Part shown: one piece after another, positions 1 through 8,117 of the stretch
Numbering within the stretch: the stretch's first letter is position 1
Layout: the number at the start of each line of letters is the position of its first letter
Virus record (IMG/VR): IMGVR_UViG_3300046008_000291
Coordinates: 96,001 to 160,000 of that record
Length of the DNA stretch: 64,000 nt
Reading direction: 5' to 3' (one strand)
From: a virus
Made by a program: the position numbers and the translations under genes
The notes under the pieces: model-generated
What the model was told of the DNA's origin: nothing
The model's database searches: none
The model's input: the letters and a program-made list of their open reading frames with translations, nothing else

Positions 1-1660
1 TTTTCTCATGCTCTCTAGACATTTTTTTAAGTATACCCAATGAACTTTCAACTCCGCTACTGTCCATGCCGCTGTCAATAAGCTCATCAATGAATAATAA
101 GTTAATAGGATTGTATAAACTTTCCCAGACATCACGGAATGCCCACGATAAACTTAATATCAAGCGATTGCGTTCACCACGTGATAAGTTATCAAAGTCT
201 AGTTCACGGCCTAACTCTGTAATTTCTACACTTAAATCGTTTAAGAATGTTACTGTATGTGGCAATCCTATACGATCTAAGTATTGACTTAGGCGTGCGT
301 TTAAATGCGACAAGTTTTGATCAATAATACGTTTACGAATAAAGCTATCTTTGTTAGTTAATAGTTTCAACAAGAAGTCTTGATGTTCTTTTAACTTAAC
401 TAGCTCGTTCATAGTAGTATAATCAGTTTCTACTAATGCAGTCTGTGTCATCTCTTCGATTTGTTCATCATATGGATCAACTTCTGTAGCCTTAGCGGCC
501 AACTGTGTTTCTAAACTAGTAATAGAACCCTTGTGATGAAACGCATCTGCTTCTTTATCGTAATATACTCGAGGTTGCGCACCAAGAGGACCAATTTCTG
601 TTTTAGCACCTATCAGCGCCGTTAATTGTGTTTGATCAGTTTGGTACTGTGTAGTAGCAGTTTCGAGTGATGTACGTTTAGCCGCTAACACTTCTTCGTG
701 TTTGCTATCGTGAAAATGTTGACCGCAAGCATAACAAGTATGTGCTTCGAGGTCGGCAATTTCTTTAGTAACTTTATCTATAGTCTTTTGTTCACGGGCA
801 ATATCTGCTTCGCTACGCAAAATGGCCTTGGTCAAATCATCTAAGTCTTTACGCTGTTGGTTGTAAGCAGTAAGCGCAGTGTGTGCCGCTAGCTCTTGTT
901 CAATATCAATTTTACGTAGTTCTGTAAGGGCATTTTGTAGTTTTACTGTGTCATCTGCATGCTTGGTAGTCCACATAGTTTGCCGGCGTTTTAAGCTGTC
1001 AATTTGCTCTTGAATACGACCATTTGCGTCGGTTATAGCCTTAATATTGAACTCTTCTTGCTGTATTGCATCCTTAGTAGCACGACCCAACTCTTTAAGT
1101 TTTTCTGCCTTTTCACTTAAGACAGTGATACCAAGTAGCTGTTCAATAATTTCACGTTGGTCGTTAGATTTAAGACTAAGGAATGGTTCGGTGTAGGTAT
1201 TAAGCGCAACAATGTGTTTGAACATATTGTGCGACATGCTTAACAAACGTTCAATTTCAGCCTGTGTTTCTCTACTATCGCCTTGACTTTCGTCGGTAAT
1301 TTCTTTTTCTTCATCACCTACATAAAACTTCATTATGTTTGGCTTACGACCACGTTCAATCTTATAGTCTTGCCCGTTATGTTCAAATTCAACAGTAACC
1401 AACATGTTCTTACCGTTAGTTTTGTTAATTAAATTATCACGTTTGATATTGGTTAATGCCTGCCCAAACAGACTGTAGCTTAAGGCATTGATAATAGTTG
1501 TTTTACCAGTGCCATTACGTGCGCCACTATCATCGCCGCCTAAGTCAACGTTAACACCTAATACTAATGTCAGGTCGTTGCGGTCAAAGTCCACAGCTTG
1601 TGTTGCATTACCAACACTCATGAAGTTCTTGACTGTAAGATTTTTTATTTTAAATGTCAT
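1..1660 (-). CDS. gp46: Rad50/SbcC-like recombination endonuclease ATPase subunit (T4 gp46-like); C-terminal part runs off the window start
   Basis: Absent from the ORF track because it has no stop in the window. Manual translation from ATG at 1660 gives MTFKIKNLTVKNFMSVGNATQAVDFDRNDLTLVLGVNVDLGGDDSGARNGTGKTTIINALSYSLFG, with Walker A NGTGKTT, followed by a long coiled coil. Lies downstream of gp47. Confidence 0.93.
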   Translation of the reverse strand, partial: MTFKIKNLTVKNFMSVGNATQAVDFDRNDLTLVLGVNVDLGGDDSGARNGTGKTTIINALSYSLFGQALTNIKRDNLINKTNGKNMLVTVEFEHNGQDYKIERGRKPNIMKFYVGDEEKEITDESQGDSRETQAEIERLLSMSHNMFKHIVALNTYTEPFLSLKSNDQREIIEQLLGITVLSEKAEKLKELGRATKDAIQQEEFNIKAITDANGRIQEQIDSLKRRQTMWTTKHADDTVKLQNALTELRKIDIEQELAAHTALTAYNQQRKDLDDLTKAILRSEADIAREQKTIDKVTKEIADLEAHTCYACGQHFHDSKHEEVLAAKRTSLETATTQYQTDQTQLTALIGAKTEIGPLGAQPRVYYDKEADAFHHKGSITSLETQLAAKATEVDPYDEQIEEMTQTALVETDYTTMNELVKLKEHQDFLLKLLTNKDSFIRKRIIDQNLSHLNARLSQYLDRIGLPHTVTFLNDLSVEITELGRELDFDNLSRGERNRLILSLSWAFRDVWESLYNPINLLFIDELIDSGMDSSGVESSLGILKKMSREHEK

Positions 1661-1673
1661 AATTTCTCATCAT

Positions 1674-2375
1674 TTATTTTGTCAGGTGCTTTTGTATATT
1701 ATAATACCTTTTAGGATCATAGTCAATGAAATCACAGTTAGGTTTGACTATGGTATCTAACCATTCAAGTTGTACAGCAGAATGCGGCTGTGCCAATCCA
1801 GAGTCAAGGTCTTTGTACGTGCTAATTAATCTAAAGCTACTTAAATCTTGGTCTATCCAAGGTAAATTTTTAACAGCAATGGCCATCGGACCGTCGAAAT
1901 TAAAGTCATATGCTAGAGTAAACACAAAAGGTATATTTTTATTTTTTAATAGAGTTGATGCGGCTAACATATACGATTGACTGCGCTGAGTTGCTTGCCA
2001 TTCTTTAATATATCTATTATGATATTCTTTTATATATTGATTGTTGCTGGAACTAGTAACCCACCAATCTTGATTATTAGATTGCACAATATTAAAATGA
2101 TACACAGGATCGATCTTTGCCTGCTCTTGCCAAAATTCATCAGCTACTAAATCAATTCGTGCGGGTATAGTCCATTGAATAATTGCACAGTCGATATTTT
2201 CAGTTTCAATTGATTCTGCAACCTGCATTAATATCAACTCATTACTAGCACCGATTACAGATTTATTTTTAATCTGTAATGAATCCGACGTCATTAACTG
2301 TAATAACGTTGGCCATTTTTTAAAGTCGTTGTCGACTCCATTGCCGTCACTAATTGCTAATAAGGTTTTTTTCAT
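1674..2375 (-). CDS. Hypothetical protein, divergent SGNH/GDSL-like fold
   Basis: N-terminal LLAISDGNG, then WPTLL and NKSVIGASNELI, IIQWT, and C-terminal QPH. Same layout as the other SGNH-like paralogues, but the block I motif is atypical (SDG rather than GDS). Confidence 0.45.
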   Translation of the reverse strand: MKKTLLAISDGNGVDNDFKKWPTLLQLMTSDSLQIKNKSVIGASNELILMQVAESIETENIDCAIIQWTIPARIDLVADEFWQEQAKIDPVYHFNIVQSNNQDWWVTSSSNNQYIKEYHNRYIKEWQATQRSQSYMLAASTLLKNKNIPFVFTLAYDFNFDGPMAIAVKNLPWIDQDLSSFRLISTYKDLDSGLAQPHSAVQLEWLDTIVKPNCDFIDYDPKRYYNIQKHLTK

Positions 2376-3243
2376 TTATTTTAATAATTGCTTGTTGTAT
2401 TTGTTCAGTAGACTGAAACCAATTGCGATAGTCATATACTGGAATTTCAATATTATATCGTTTTTCTATACAATAGTTAATATATCCCTGTTCGTGTAGA
2501 TCAACTATATGAGATATATCAATATTTTTGTTATTTTCCAATGCAGATAAAATTAAATTGGCATGAAAGTATACACTAAAATATTTTGAATTAGCTGTAA
2601 ACCAATCGGCTAACACTAATGTTAACCTATCTTCATTGATTAGTTTCATACCCAACTGGTTGATTAATTTTTTTATAGTATTAATTGGCGATATTAACAA
2701 CTGTTCAAAACTCAAATTGATCGTTGATTCAGTTGGCTCCCAACCATATGACCAGTTGTGATACATTAAAGTAAAATCTTCTCGCTGAGCATAATCTTCT
2801 GCGGCATCGGACCAATTGTTTTGTACATGTTCGCTGTGATTGGCATTAAGATCCTGACATACAGCTTTGATTATGCAGGTTTGATATATTATAGGTCTAA
2901 CAGCAGGGTCGATTACTATGCGTACAATCTTAGCATTTGGAAATGTTAAGTTTATTTTATCGTAACAGTCGTTATTGATCCCATTGTCGCACAGGACTAC
3001 TACTTTATTATTCTTTGGGTCAATGTCGCAGTGCAGTTGGTATTCAGTCGGATCCATAAAATACGTATTGGTATACATTACAATACTATGACTGTTTCCG
3101 TCTTGACTAAAAGTTAATTCGTTATTTGATAATTTAACTGTTTGGTCTGCAAATTCACTTAATATATAGTATAGAAAATTTCCAAACCCACCAGAAGGGT
3201 AACTTATACAAATAATGTCGTTACTATCGGTGCAGAACCTCAT
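2350..3243 (-). CDS. Hypothetical protein, possible sulfotransferase-like P-loop fold
   Basis: 297-aa ORF. N-terminal ICISYPSGGFGNFL loosely resembles the sulfotransferase PSB loop (SYPKSG). Late LSFEQLL...TIKKL resembles the sulfotransferase C-terminal region. Weak similarity only. Confidence 0.35.
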   Translation of the reverse strand: MRFCTDSNDIICISYPSGGFGNFLYYILSEFADQTVKLSNNELTFSQDGNSHSIVMYTNTYFMDPTEYQLHCDIDPKNNKVVVLCDNGINNDCYDKINLTFPNAKIVRIVIDPAVRPIIYQTCIIKAVCQDLNANHSEHVQNNWSDAAEDYAQREDFTLMYHNWSYGWEPTESTINLSFEQLLISPINTIKKLINQLGMKLINEDRLTLVLADWFTANSKYFSVYFHANLILSALENNKNIDISHIVDLHEQGYINYCIEKRYNIEIPVYDYRNWFQSTEQIQQAIIKINEKNLISN

Positions 3244-4256
3244 AGATTCCTGTAGATGTCTAACAATAAGTTAGGATTATAATGATCACTGTTAATAGCT
3301 GTTAGTTGACTAGTTACAATAGTATCGATACTTTCAAATTGAATATTACCTAACATAATATCTGTGCCAATGTCAGTATGCTTGACTGGGATTAATGTAA
3401 GTTCACGTAGATTATACGTACCTACGAATGTTTCTTTAATAAACGTTGCTTCTTCGTACGAAATATCCACGTCGATGTTTACACGACAGTGCATGCCTTT
3501 TTGTAGTAGTGTTTCTGGTGTTTTTAAAATATTACTTAGGCTATAAACACGATACTTGGGCTGATCCGGCCAAGCATGAAACGTTGGCTCATTGCCCCAC
3601 TCTAATATCATCATGCCACGTTCATCGTCACCTGCATCTGCATAGTTGTGCGGAAACGCATTGCCTACATAGGTAATATTCTTACCTGTTTGACGTTTAT
3701 GAAAATGCCCACTGTATACATGATCAATGTGCCCGAAGTCTTCACGTCTAATCTCACCGTGTTCTGGCATCTGTACCATAGCATTCATGTAATAGCCTGG
3801 TAATTCAAAATGCCCAAACATATACTTGGCATTGATCTTAGGAATCTTTTTATGATCGTCGCCTACTAACCAGGGCACAATACTAACATCGCCCTCTTGA
3901 TAGAAGTCGTTGATAATTTCAATGTTAGGAATATGTCTAGCCCATTCAGCTGACTGTATATCACGCTTGTCACGATAATATAAATCATGATTGCCCGGAA
4001 TGAATATAACACGCTCAAAGGCTCGGCCCAACAACTCAAGTGCTGTTAGGCTGTAGTTTAACGTAATGATATTAATTGCCGCGCGGTTATTGTGCCAATC
4101 ACCTAACATAAAGCAAACATCACAACCTTCTTCTTTAGCTTTGCTAATAAACCACTTAACAAAGTTTAAACAATCATCGTTGTGTGTTTGACTATTTGAC
4201 TTTAAGCCAAAATGTATGTCAGTCAGAATTGCTGCTTTTTTAAATAAATTTGTCAT
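3240..4256 (-). CDS. gp47: Mre11/SbcD-like recombination endonuclease subunit (T4 gp47-like)
   Basis: Metallophosphoesterase motifs LTDIHFG, LGDWH, PGNHD, GHFE and SGHFH; adjacent to the gp46 homologue. Confidence 0.93.
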   Translation of the reverse strand: MTNLFKKAAILTDIHFGLKSNSQTHNDDCLNFVKWFISKAKEEGCDVCFMLGDWHNNRAAINIITLNYSLTALELLGRAFERVIFIPGNHDLYYRDKRDIQSAEWARHIPNIEIINDFYQEGDVSIVPWLVGDDHKKIPKINAKYMFGHFELPGYYMNAMVQMPEHGEIRREDFGHIDHVYSGHFHKRQTGKNITYVGNAFPHNYADAGDDERGMMILEWGNEPTFHAWPDQPKYRVYSLSNILKTPETLLQKGMHCRVNIDVDISYEEATFIKETFVGTYNLRELTLIPVKHTDIGTDIMLGNIQFESIDTIVTSQLTAINSDHYNPNLLLDIYRNL

Positions 4257-4262
4257 ATAATT

Positions 4263-4292
4263 AGTATACGTGAAATAACCTTAAGTTGTCTA
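4263..4292 (-). promoter_or_regulatory. Possible sigma70-type promoter for gp47 (TAGACA-18 bp-TATACT)
   Basis: Minus-strand TAGACA (4292-4287) and TATACT (4268-4263), ending 6 nt before the ATG at 4256. Confidence 0.45.
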
Positions 4293-4308
4293 GTGAAAGT
4301 TAGCCAAA

Positions 4309-5559
4309 TTACCTGTTGGAATGAAAATTATCCTCGCTTAAATCTGTAATAGGATCCCAATAAGGTTGTATTAATTTAAAATATTCCGGAAATGCATCGG
4401 CGAACTTCTGCTCACGATATAAGTCCTGCCGTTTAGTCCATATTACAAATTGTTTCCATAACATAGGATTATGTTCTTGTAAAGTCAAATAACCGAGCAA
4501 CTCTGTATTATTTGTCTGTGCTATTAAAGCAGTCTTGACTGATTCGGGTGCAATGTGTACTGCTAACCAAGCCGGACTGTTAACCATGTTAATATAATAA
4601 GGTCCAATTTTATCTTCAACCCATGCAGTCAATCGATCAATGGATCCTGCATTTAATACACTAACAGTAAGTGAGCCCATGGTATAAATTTCGCAATCCA
4701 TGGTACCTTTAAGTCCCAGTATATGATCAGCAACTAGATTCATTTCGTCCCATTTACCTGGCCATCGCAGATACTCAAATTCTTGTTCAAGCCCGTCGAT
4801 ACTCATAGCAATTTCAATACGTTTGAAATTATTCCAAGCACGTTTTAATCGTTCAGTTGGATGATTGGTACAATTGGTACTATAATACAAAGTAATGTTC
4901 TTGCTTAATCCCTGCTGAACCAGGTACTCTAATAGATCTAACTGCGTGGTATTCAAGAACGGATCACCACCAAAGAAGTCAATTTTTTCTAAATTATGGG
5001 CAATACTATAGTACTGACTAAAATCCATGTGCTTAGGTGGCAGCTTAGGGATGAATTTATTCCATTGTTCAATTTTACCATTGGATCGCTCTTCAGTCTT
5101 ATATTTTTCAAGATAATATAATCCTTCGGGTGTATATGAATTAGTATCCCACCCTCCGCAACTTCTACAGGCTAAATTACATACATTACTACTTTTAAAT
5201 ACTGCTGTTTTAGGCCCTTGTTGCCATTTACCACTACGAATAAAGTCCTCATAATCGTTAGGGAAATATTCAATTTGTCGCTGACGTAGACTTTTCTTAC
5301 CAGAATCTTCTTCGGCCCAACAACGGTGACAGGCACTTGGACGATCACCGTTGATAAATTCTGCCCTAAGTTGATTTAGTTCTGCACTGTCCCATCGTTG
5401 TTCTGGAGTTAGGTCACCGTGATGCCATTCGCCAGCACCAAACGCACACGGGCTATTACGCCCGTATGGGTTCTGCCTAATACTTTGAAAGGGTGCAATA
5501 CAAAAATTTGCCGGAGGCGTTTCTGGTATTAGTTGATGCAACTCAATGATTTTACTCAT
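4309..5559 (-). CDS. Radical SAM protein with N-terminal twitch/SPASM-like domain
   Basis: CNLACRSC (CxxxCxxC) and GGDPF; N-terminal FCIAPF...SPC and ACHRCW Cys motifs. Start reassigned to ATG 5559 (MSKIIELH), which overlaps the gp55 stop; the ORF-track extension to 5625 lies inside gp55. Confidence 0.88.
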   Translation of the reverse strand: MSKIIELHQLIPETPPANFCIAPFQSIRQNPYGRNSPCAFGAGEWHHGDLTPEQRWDSAELNQLRAEFINGDRPSACHRCWAEEDSGKKSLRQRQIEYFPNDYEDFIRSGKWQQGPKTAVFKSSNVCNLACRSCGGWDTNSYTPEGLYYLEKYKTEERSNGKIEQWNKFIPKLPPKHMDFSQYYSIAHNLEKIDFFGGDPFLNTTQLDLLEYLVQQGLSKNITLYYSTNCTNHPTERLKRAWNNFKRIEIAMSIDGLEQEFEYLRWPGKWDEMNLVADHILGLKGTMDCEIYTMGSLTVSVLNAGSIDRLTAWVEDKIGPYYINMVNSPAWLAVHIAPESVKTALIAQTNNTELLGYLTLQEHNPMLWKQFVIWTKRQDLYREQKFADAFPEYFKLIQPYWDPITDLSEDNFHSNR

Positions 5560-6445
5560 CTGCTCCGTGTCCGCCACCACCCCACGAACCACCGCCTTGA
5601 TTCTGTCTAGTATAACTAGGTGCAAAGTTATTCATCTCTAAGATGTCATCACGAATGTTTTGATTACGCTTTTCGATGTTTAGCACACGGGTGAAGCTGT
5701 TAGTGATAGCTGCTGTGTAATAGGCAAACGGATTGTCTGATTTACTTTCGTCAAACTGTAGGCCAATTTGACTTAGTTGTAATAATGCCTGACTGCGCAT
5801 TTCGTCATTGTAGGTGTACCCACGCCAGTTACTACGAGTAGCATAACGTTCACATAGCTTAACAAACATATGAGCTAACTTAGCAGTCATCTGACCGTGA
5901 TCTCTACTGAATTTACCAGTTTCTAAATCGCCCTTCCAGTGACTCTTGCCTACTATAACAGGAGTTAATTCTTCAGTTACTGAATAATGAAAGAATGGGG
6001 GAAAGTTTAGTTTAACGTACTTAGTAGCACCTTTGACCTTAACTGCCGGTTCATCATATTCAGTTTCAAATAAATCCTCATCGTAAGCTTCTTGAGCTTT
6101 GGCATCGGATTTTTTCTGTTTAACTTCGTCGATAGGTATATGTTCCCATGTCATGACACGGAATACAATATCAGTTACTGGAATATTTTCCACAGGAATT
6201 GCAAATTCGTCTAATTTGCGTTTGTTACCTAATAAAAGCTCGGCTTCTTGTGCTTCTTTAGCTAACCTAGTTGCACGTGTTGCTCTTGCTTCTGCTACGG
6301 ATTTTTTGTTTATTGCACTAACATTTGATACAATAGCATCGTATACGGTTACTTCTTTATTAATGAAGCTACAATATGCTAATTTACTTTTTGCTATTTC
6401 TTTTAATATGTCTTTGTTGTTGAGATAATTAATTTTACGAGCCAC
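5552..6445 (-). CDS. gp55: Late-transcription sigma factor (T4 gp55-like), with enlarged N-terminal region
   Basis: C-terminal NWRGYTYNDEMRSQALLQL...FDESKSDNPFAYYTAAITNSFTRVLNIEKR matches the gp55 family pattern. GTG start with an AAGGA SD. Syntenic with gp47/gp46. Confidence 0.85.
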   Translation of the reverse strand: MARKINYLNNKDILKEIAKSKLAYCSFINKEVTVYDAIVSNVSAINKKSVAEARATRATRLAKEAQEAELLLGNKRKLDEFAIPVENIPVTDIVFRVMTWEHIPIDEVKQKKSDAKAQEAYDEDLFETEYDEPAVKVKGATKYVKLNFPPFFHYSVTEELTPVIVGKSHWKGDLETGKFSRDHGQMTAKLAHMFVKLCERYATRSNWRGYTYNDEMRSQALLQLSQIGLQFDESKSDNPFAYYTAAITNSFTRVLNIEKRNQNIRDDILEMNNFAPSYTRQNQGGGSWGGGGHGADE

Positions 6446-6466
6446 AGTGTTTGGTTCCTTTTAATT

Positions 6467-6496
6467 AGTATAACATAATAGCATTGCACTATACAA
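6467..6496 (-). promoter_or_regulatory. Possible sigma70-type promoter for the gp55-gp47-gp46 operon (TTGTAT-18 bp-TATACT)
   Basis: Minus-strand TTGTAT (6496-6491) and TATACT (6472-6467) in the 125-bp divergent intergenic region. Confidence 0.5.
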
Positions 6497-6540
6497 CCTA
6501 TTTATGCGGACAATCTTTAACTGCTACTATTTCTCCGGTA

Positions 6541-6547
6541 ATAAATA
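6541..6547 (+). promoter_or_regulatory. T4-type late promoter (ATAAATA)
   Basis: ATAAATA 23 nt before the first structural gene, followed by a GAGG SD. The same motif recurs before most structural genes. Confidence 0.65.
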
Positions 6548-6570
6548 CACTATAACACAGAGGTTTTATT

Positions 6571-7809
6571 ATGGCTCTAAATCCTACAGACGCACCCGTA
6601 TACGACAATAGAGGCGGATATGTACCAGGTCAAGTCGAATCCACTAATGGTGGATACGATCCTTATGCTCCACAAAACTACACTGGCGCTTATGCTCCAA
6701 GTTTTGCCGGTGGGTATAATGGCGAACAAGTATTAAGCAGTGGTGGCGGATATAATCCCAGTAACCCAAGCGCATACTTAACTGGTACAGATTCAATTGG
6801 CGGCCAAGCTGCAGTATCTGAGAATTACAATCAGGGCGCAGATTTTAGAGGCGGTTTCTACGGAGATCAAGTTGAGGAAAGCGGCGGCGGGCATGATCCA
6901 TCAAAAGATGTCAACTCCTATGAATCAGAAGCCGCAAGACGAAGCCTATTACCAGATAATGCCGCTGCGGCCGCAACAAAAAGTGATCCTTCAATAGCCA
7001 TACAAGATACAAATGCTAGTTCTAGCGGTGCCGCATCGGATGATGACTGGCGAGTACGCATAAGTTTAGCAGACAAAGCAACTATCTTTTACAAAGCAAG
7101 TGGCGCAAGTCCTAATAATCTTATGGCTCCGTTAAGAGAAACTAACGGAGTTATATTTCCGTATACACCGACTATAACAGTATCGCATGTAGCTAATTAC
7201 AGTCCAACTACTCCAGTACACAGTAATTATTCACAACAATTTTACACCAACAGTGAAGTAAGTGACATTACTATCGGTGGAGAATTTACTGTACAAGGCA
7301 TCGATGAAGGAAAATATTTACTAGCGGCTATCTACTTTTTTAGATCAGCTACTAAAATGTTCTTTGGTAGTGGAGCAAATGCAGGTAATCCACCGCCAAT
7401 TGTATTCTTGGATGGATACGGTAGTCACTATTTCCCACATGTGCCTTGTGTGATAACTAACTTTACACACACTATGCCAAACGAAGTTGATTATATACAA
7501 ATTCCAGTAACAACAACTACATTAACAGAGTCAACTGTTACTCCTTCGACTCCTATGAGTGTAGTGAATCAACTTGATAATCAAGGCATGCAATTTGCAC
7601 CACAGTGGGGTAGTAAAAAAGCCACTGCTGAATCGACTGTATCATCTTACAAGACAGTAACATCGTCGACAAGGGTGCCAGCAGTAAGTACGATATCAAT
7701 TACATTGAAACCAATATACAGTCGTAAAAATCTGCACGATAACTTTAATCTTGATGCATTTGCCGCAGGCAGACTAATACAAACTGCTACTACAGGAGGA
7801 TTCCTATAA
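6571..7809 (+). CDS. Baseplate/tail-tube junction protein (gp48/gp54-like) with Gly/Tyr-rich N-terminal repeats
   Basis: First gene of the baseplate operon, directly before gp53. Core DWRVRISL...GVIFPYTPTI...HSNY...ITIGGEFT resembles tube-initiator proteins; assignment is partly positional. Confidence 0.5.
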   Translation: MALNPTDAPVYDNRGGYVPGQVESTNGGYDPYAPQNYTGAYAPSFAGGYNGEQVLSSGGGYNPSNPSAYLTGTDSIGGQAAVSENYNQGADFRGGFYGDQVEESGGGHDPSKDVNSYESEAARRSLLPDNAAAAATKSDPSIAIQDTNASSSGAASDDDWRVRISLADKATIFYKASGASPNNLMAPLRETNGVIFPYTPTITVSHVANYSPTTPVHSNYSQQFYTNSEVSDITIGGEFTVQGIDEGKYLLAAIYFFRSATKMFFGSGANAGNPPPIVFLDGYGSHYFPHVPCVITNFTHTMPNEVDYIQIPVTTTTLTESTVTPSTPMSVVNQLDNQGMQFAPQWGSKKATAESTVSSYKTVTSSTRVPAVSTISITLKPIYSRKNLHDNFNLDAFAAGRLIQTATTGGFL

Positions 7810-8114
7810 TGTCAGCGGTTACCTATAGTCAAACAAGTCCATATAGCAAAACAGACTCGTATGGATTCTTTTTAGATGTCACAACATTTAGAGATATACC
7901 GGCATTGGCTGCCGATGTAGTATATAGAATTGCTGCAACCTACAAATATCGTCCAGACTTGCTGGCATATGACCTGTATGGTGACAGTGCCTTGTGGTGG
8001 GTGTTTGCTATGCGCAATCCAAACACAATACAGGACCCGGTATTTGATTTCCTGCCAGGTACAACAATATTCATTCCTAAAAAAGAAACAATCATTGCGG
8101 CATTAGGATTATAG
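7809..8114 (+). CDS. gp53: Baseplate wedge protein, LysM-like (T4 gp53-like)
   Basis: YRIAATYKYRPDLLAYDLYGDSALWWVFAMRNP is the characteristic gp53/LysM motif; 101 aa. Confidence 0.85.
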   Translation: MSAVTYSQTSPYSKTDSYGFFLDVTTFRDIPALAADVVYRIAATYKYRPDLLAYDLYGDSALWWVFAMRNPNTIQDPVFDFLPGTTIFIPKKETIIAALGL

Positions 8115-8117
8115 TAA

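Noticed and set aside
5560-5625. ORF-track N-terminal extension of the radical-SAM gene
   Set aside because: It lies inside gp55; ATG 5559 gives the usual stop/start overlap.
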